Below are positions 57,030-64,000 of a DNA stretch of 64,000 bases, in pieces. The stretch is from NCBI GenBank assembly GCA_951406725.2, contig OX597818.1, positions 116,374,001 through 116,438,000 on the forward strand. Direction: 5' to 3'. The stretch is from Octopus vulgaris. Lineage: Eukaryota. The notes below the pieces were generated by a model, which made no database searches, was not told the DNA's origin, and worked only from the letters and a program-made list of their open reading frames with translations. Numbering within the stretch: position 1 is the stretch's first letter; every line of letters starts with the position of its first letter. The translations under genes and the position numbers were made by a program.

Positions 57030-59772
57030 CGCGGTGGTAAGCACATAAATGCACAAAAAGGTGGGAGAAATAGTACTCGAATACTACCGAAGCTACAGTA
57101 ATATGGGGTCGATTTTCTTGACTAGATGTGGTGCTCCAGCATGGCCGCAGTCAAATGACTGAAGAAACTGAAAGACTAAAAGAAAGAATCAAATTCGGTG
57201 TCAATTGTCGAGGTAACCAATTTGCAAATATGTTCTCGATATTTAATGTCATTCACCGTTTTGTATTATGTATTGTAACTCCTGTCTATTTGTGCACCAA
57301 GCTTGTGACTCGTTTTATCCGCACAAATCAAAATGTCTACTGGCTGGCAATTCTCGTCAGTCGTCACAGTTGGTGCCATTCAATGTGTGGCATTCTTCGA
57401 TGCTAGTTTCCGTGTTTTTTTTAAACATCATCCAGCATTGTTGCTCATTTCTCTTTCCAATGATGTCATCTCTGCAAATAAAACCTGTAACCTATTGTAA
57501 TCGGAAAGCCAGCCCATTTCTTCGTAAAGAATTTAATGGCGATACGTTACTCTTGGTTGGGAAACTATTATTTTTGTGTAACGAAGCAAAGCAATAAGAA
57601 AGCTTACTATAGAGGAAGAGTTATTCTACCAATATGTAGAACTAAGAAAATAAATAAAAAAAATAGCTATGCCTACTTTTGCAATTCTCTCGGTATGACC
57701 CTCATATTTGCTTAAAGTAAGTTTGTGTATCATGTGTAGACAGTATAGATGTATGGGAATATAGGGAAAAAGTAAGAACAATAAGATAATAAGATATAAA
57801 AGAGAAAAAGTGAAAAGAAATAATGCGAATAAAAAAGAGAGAAAAAGAGAAAAATATAAATGTGAATGGAAGAAACGAATCTAATAGACAATTTGTCAAA
57901 TAATAGTATGATCGATAAATCTTCGTGTTTTATCAGTATTTACCAATAAAAAGACAGTAAATTTGTTTTTACATAAAGTCTTCGTGAGAAGTAGGATAGG
58001 TTACTTTCATGTATTATTAAGTATTTGTTTTTTCTAAGCGTAATTCTGTAGAAATATTTGGAGAATGAATAATAGTAATATCGAAAGAATAAAAACGAAA
58101 GTAAAGCTATAAATTATAACGTGTAAATATTGGGTTAAAGATGCTTTGGATAGTAAGGGTCAATGGTTGCCCGTGGGACTCGAAACCCAAATCTCTTGTA
58201 AACATAACATTATTTTACCAGTGGACCGAAGCTAACCATCTTATTGCCTTCACCAATTTAGAAACTTTATTCTTACCAATGAGAGTTGTATGTATATAAG
58301 AATGTAGAAGATCCGAGAACGGGAAATATTTCTTTTTTTGCTTTTGAACGGTGAATCTTAAAGCAAACACAGCTATAAATAATTGTATGAAAACATTGGG
58401 TTAGAAACCCTTTTGGATAGAACAATTCCACGGCTGCCCGTGGGACTCAAATCTACATTTCCTGTAAACACGATATGTATTCTAACATAGAGCCATTTAA
58501 ACGCTATTATGCATAGCTTTTAACCCATTGCCTGCTATAAGTCCCATTTGGAGATCTGCTAAAAACAGTCTCACTGCCGGTTGTTCGTTGTATTTAAAAT
58601 GAATTGCTTATGTACGTCGAATTTGCAGAGGTGTGTTTAAAAATATTCAGAAGGTAACTATTGTCATTTTCACGTAGAATGGGGTCTCGAAATATGAACA
58701 TTCAGAGTTAAAGAACCGTTTTTACCCATTTTCCCAGACATCTAAATGCCTGCACATCTCTGTGGTTTGTTGCAAGAATTTTAGCTAGTTGGCTGAATAT
58801 AATTTTCTTCAGGAAAACTGTTCGGTATGCAAAATATTCATTTAGCGTACATTTGTATGTTCTCTCCTAGCACTTTTATGCATATATAGTCTTCTGGTGG
58901 TCTGTAGATCATTTTCAAGCTAGGCTCACAGTAGTCTGCTTGTGATTCGGTTATCAAATTTCAGTCCATTAGTCAGTTTTAATTTTCTCGAACAAAAAAA
59001 AAATTCGTTATTCAATTTGTTCGTTCAGAGAACCGTTCGTATATGTATATCCAGTTGCATATAATAAAAATGTTAACTGCTCCACGACTATCATATTTAG
59101 AATAGTGCAGTTTAATTATGTTTCGAGTAACATATTTATATCATTTAGGTAATTTATATTATTTAGGATCTGATATGAAATTCCTTATTAAATGTATAAT
59201 GTGGATACATTATAATTATAAGTTATACAAATATAGAATGATAATTTGATAGCTTTATCTTCCAGATTGGTTAATCTAGGGAATCGATTTTCGATTTATA
59301 TTATAAATTTATTATTAGAAATTTAAGTACAAAGAAATTGATCTTTTTTGTTACGAATATATGATATATGCTCAATTTTTAATGGATGCACTCTTAGCTG
59401 CAGTTGAATTATAAGATCTGTTGACGCCTGTATTTGAATTAGATCTAAAGGGTGCCCAATTTTACGTTCAGTAAGAATAATTTTCTCCTTCTTCTATGAC
59501 AAAGAAATTACATGCTTCAATGTATCTGTAAGGAATCGTAATTATGTGGGAATTGTTACGCTAGCCCAACTTAAATCGTGGTAAAAATGTGGCCGATGTC
59601 TGTGTGTGATGAAGTATTATTTTTCTACATTGCATTGATAAAGTATATAATTAGATACGGCTCTTAGATTCTACGGGTCAGGGTTATTTAAAATAATACA
59701 ATTTCAGTTTACATTGCGATTGAGTTTACAGTTTACAGTTCTGAGTAATTAACTTGGTTATGTTAATTAAGT

Positions 59773-60102
59773 GAGGCGCGTGGCTTAATGGTTACGGTAT
59801 TCGGCTCACGGTCTTAGGGCTGTGAGTTCGATTCCAAGCGACATGGGAGTCGAACTCAGGACCTTACGATTTTGAGAGTACCTTACTCCAGTGCACTCAG
59901 CCAGCAAAATGAGTAATATTAGCAATTCAAAGGGCCAGCTTTGTCACGTTCTGTGTCACGCCAAATCTCCCTGAGAACCATATTAAAGGTACGCGTGTTT
60001 GTCGAGTGCTCAACCAAATTGGACGTTAATTTCACGAGCAGGCTGGTTTGTGGATCGGATCGACTGGAACCCTCGTCGTCGTCGTCGCCGACGGAGTAAC
60101 AA
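59773..60102 (+). mobile_element. Third tRNA-derived SINE family
   Basis: A box TGGCTTAATGG, B box GAGTTCGATTCC, tail ...GGAACCCTCGTCGTCG...GACGGAGT. Degenerate copy at 33390-33690(-). Confidence 0.75.
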
Positions 60103-61104
60103 CCTATCTGAATTAGGAGTATTCATGTAATCCATGAAGTAAACAGAATTCAGTGTGGTGTAGTGGAATATGATATTTTATTGGTATTTCCACAGAATAT
60201 TTCTATAATAATTGTAGACTAAAATGTTTTAAAGCAATTTAATGACAGACCGAGCTAAAGAAATAGTCATCGTTAGGATAAATATTATGCTTTAATGCAA
60301 ATAAACTTTTTCATATACGAGTGGCTGTATGTATTCTTTTCTTGATAACGTGTTTAAGATGAAAAACTTTGGTTTAAAGTTTCTCTTAGCAACATTATAT
60401 TAGGTTGTAAATTTAGTGAACATTTACTCATGAATAAAGTGTGACAACATAAGCAGGATATGTCTGACAAGATGATTAATAAATTGACTAAAACACTGAA
60501 AACGTTATGTACAGTGTTGAAAGCATTATTTCGTTTCCCAAAAGGCTAATGCAGTAAACGACATAGGTGTAAGTTAATGTTTAAGAAATTGTCATTCATG
60601 AATTTGGTTCCTCTCGTGATGAGAAATAAGAAGACTTGAGCTAAAACTGTAGATCTTTGGAATTCTCATAGTCGTTTATTTCAATATTTTAATAATGCAA
60701 ATATAATTCTCAGTATTAACCAATATATAAAAGGTGGTGAACTGCGAGAATCATCAGCACGTCTAGAAAACTGCGCGCCGGTTTTTTTTTCCTGGTCCTT
60801 ACGCTCAGAGTTCAAATTTCGCCGAGGTCGACTTTGTCTGTCATACTTTTTGGGTCGATAAGGTAAGTACCATTTGAACACTGTGATCGATGTAATCAAT
60901 TTTAGTCCTCCCCTGAAATTGCTGGTCTTGTGTCAAATATTGGAATCAATATTGTTCGATGCATAAAAGGTGGTGGTGCAGCAGAATTGTTAGCACGCTA
61001 ACACAACCTTAGTAGTATTTAGTCCTGCGTTCTGTGTTCGATTTCCGCCGAGGCCATTTTTGACTTTTATTCTTTGGAGGTTGATAAAATAAGTAGCATT
61101 TTGA

Positions 61105-61423
61105 CACTTCTTTTCTTCTTTTTGCCCTTTCGAAGCTTAGCCAGGCTCATAGGCCAGGTCTCCCGGTTTCTATGGCGGATGTGTTCCCCCCAGCTGGACG
61201 GGACGCCAGTCCATCGCAGCGTTACTCAAGAAACAGGAAGAAAGAGTGAGAGATAGTTGGGGCAAAAGAGTACAACAAGGGTCGCCACCACCCACTGCCG
61301 GAGCCACGTGAAGCTTTAGGTGTTTTCGCTCAATAAACACACACAACGCCCGGTCTGGGAATCAAAACGCGATCCTCCGACCGCGAGTCTGCTGCCTCAA
61401 CCACTGGGCCATTGCGCCTCCAC
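61105..61423 (-). mobile_element. Fourth tRNA-derived SINE family, nested in a Meta-like SINE
   Basis: Head GGAGGCGCAATGGCCCAGTGG and body GCGATGGACTGGCGTCCCGTCCAG. The host SINE continues at 61425-61465. Confidence 0.75.
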
Positions 61424-61514
61424 AAGCAGTTCGACACTGGGGTCGATTAATCAACTTACCACCTCAGTATATCGAAAATTAAAAACCTGATGCAACGAAC
61501 GTTCTCTGTCTTTC

Positions 61515-61557
<43 letters not shown>

Positions 61558-62185
61558 ATGTCTCTCTTTCAGTATTATCTCAGTAATATCTCTCTATCAG
61601 ATAACAGCACTACACTGGCAAAATATAAAGAAATAGATAAATTAAAATCCCCAGCAGAGTACAATCTTTATGTTACGTTAGTTATCAGAATTTTGATACG
61701 CATAAAATTCACATTCACATCTATTGTTTGTATTTTATTAATCTGTTTTTATTCACTGTTCTGTTACTAATACGTCTTTAATGCTCGTAAACAGATAGTT
61801 TTAATAAAAGAATTTCCTTAAAATGTCTTAAAGGAAATTACACCAATTCACACAAATTATTTACGCCAAAAAACCCCCCCAAAAATACCGGAACCGCAAA
61901 TTTCTCAAATACTTGTAAACACTCACTACAATTGCTTAGGCAAAAAGTAACGCAAATACACTGTCAAGAGTTATTTGTGCAAAAGCAATCCAAACACAAT
62001 GACGTGTCATACACATTGCCGAGATTTAACGCTTTCGTTGAAAATAAACATTTGCAAGATCGGTTAACTTATTTTGAAACCGAATACAAAAAAAAAAACT
62101 CCTTTGAAAACACGAGTATCATTTAGTGTATAAAATTATTTGTGTTTACAATAGGTTTCGGGTGTCTTAGGTGAAAGCATTCATC

Positions 62186-63286
<1,101 letters not shown>

Positions 63287-63288
<2 letters not shown>

Positions 63289-63457
63289 GGGAGAGTTTAC
63301 GAAAAATCAAAAGACGAAGACAGGTGGTGCACAAAACAAACAGATGTATTAGTATAACGCTCAGGCATAGAAAACGTATTTTACGTTTCGAGCCTACACT
63401 CTTCTACAGAAAGGAACACAGAAAAAATAAGGAGAGAAACAACGAGAGAAAAAAAGT
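63287..63457 (-). mobile_element. Hammerhead-like repeat family B copy
   Basis: Minus strand CTTT CTGTAGA AGAG..CTC GAAACGTA AAAT at 63378-63413; 3' end at (TA)n. Confidence 0.55.
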
Positions 63458-63566
63458 GTGTATACATACATATATATATGCATGTATATATGTATATATG
63501 TATGTATATATATGTATATATATGTATGTATATATATATATATGTATATATATATGTATATATATG

Positions 63567-63600
<34 letters not shown>

Positions 63601-63625
63601 ACATTCAAAGACATATTTTTTACAA

Positions 63626-63663
<38 letters not shown>

Positions 63664-63804
63664 CATAGATACAAATATATATTTATATATGTGTATATAT
63701 ACATATATATATGTTTACATGCATATATATATATATATGTGTGTGTGCGTGTGCGTGTGTCTGGGTGTGTATGTGCGTCTGCATATCCATGTGTGCGTAT
63801 ATCA

Positions 63805-63894
<90 letters not shown>

Positions 63895-64000
63895 ATTATT
63901 GTTCTGTTCCATGATAGTAAGCTGAAAAAAAAAGAAAAGCAGTCCATTTGGTGAAAGATAATCATTATCTAATAGATACAATACATGTCTATATGACCCA

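Overview
This is AT-rich, microsatellite-dense eukaryotic DNA made almost entirely of repeats. The SINE, LINE and microsatellite complement resembles octopus (cephalopod) genomes as I recall them; that assignment is inference, not a database result. No host gene can be called with confidence, and almost all ORFs in the track are microsatellite translations. The one large coding feature is a full-length ~5.4 kb L1/Tx1-type LINE on the minus strand (17073-22517). It has ORF1 with a CCHC knuckle and ORF2 with APE endonuclease, RT and zf-RVT; each ORF is broken by a single -1 frameshift, and the element sits with a TSD in the tRNA-like head of a SINE. Two retroelement systems stand out. (1) The LINE's non-poly(A) 3' end is shared with one SINE subfamily, and that SINE repeatedly joins at the same base inside related SINE heads, building arrays: a candidate Tx1-driven, possibly self-targeting SINE. 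(2) Several unrelated non-coding elements carry minimal type I hammerhead ribozyme cores. They mostly abut (TA)n tracts and several show Penelope-like tandem or inverted architecture; one has a tRNA-like head, and inversion points fall in or next to the ribozyme. The window also holds Dong/R4-like tails in (TAA)n, RTE and CR1-group remnants, and hAT-like, mariner-derived and telomere-repeat-containing MITEs.
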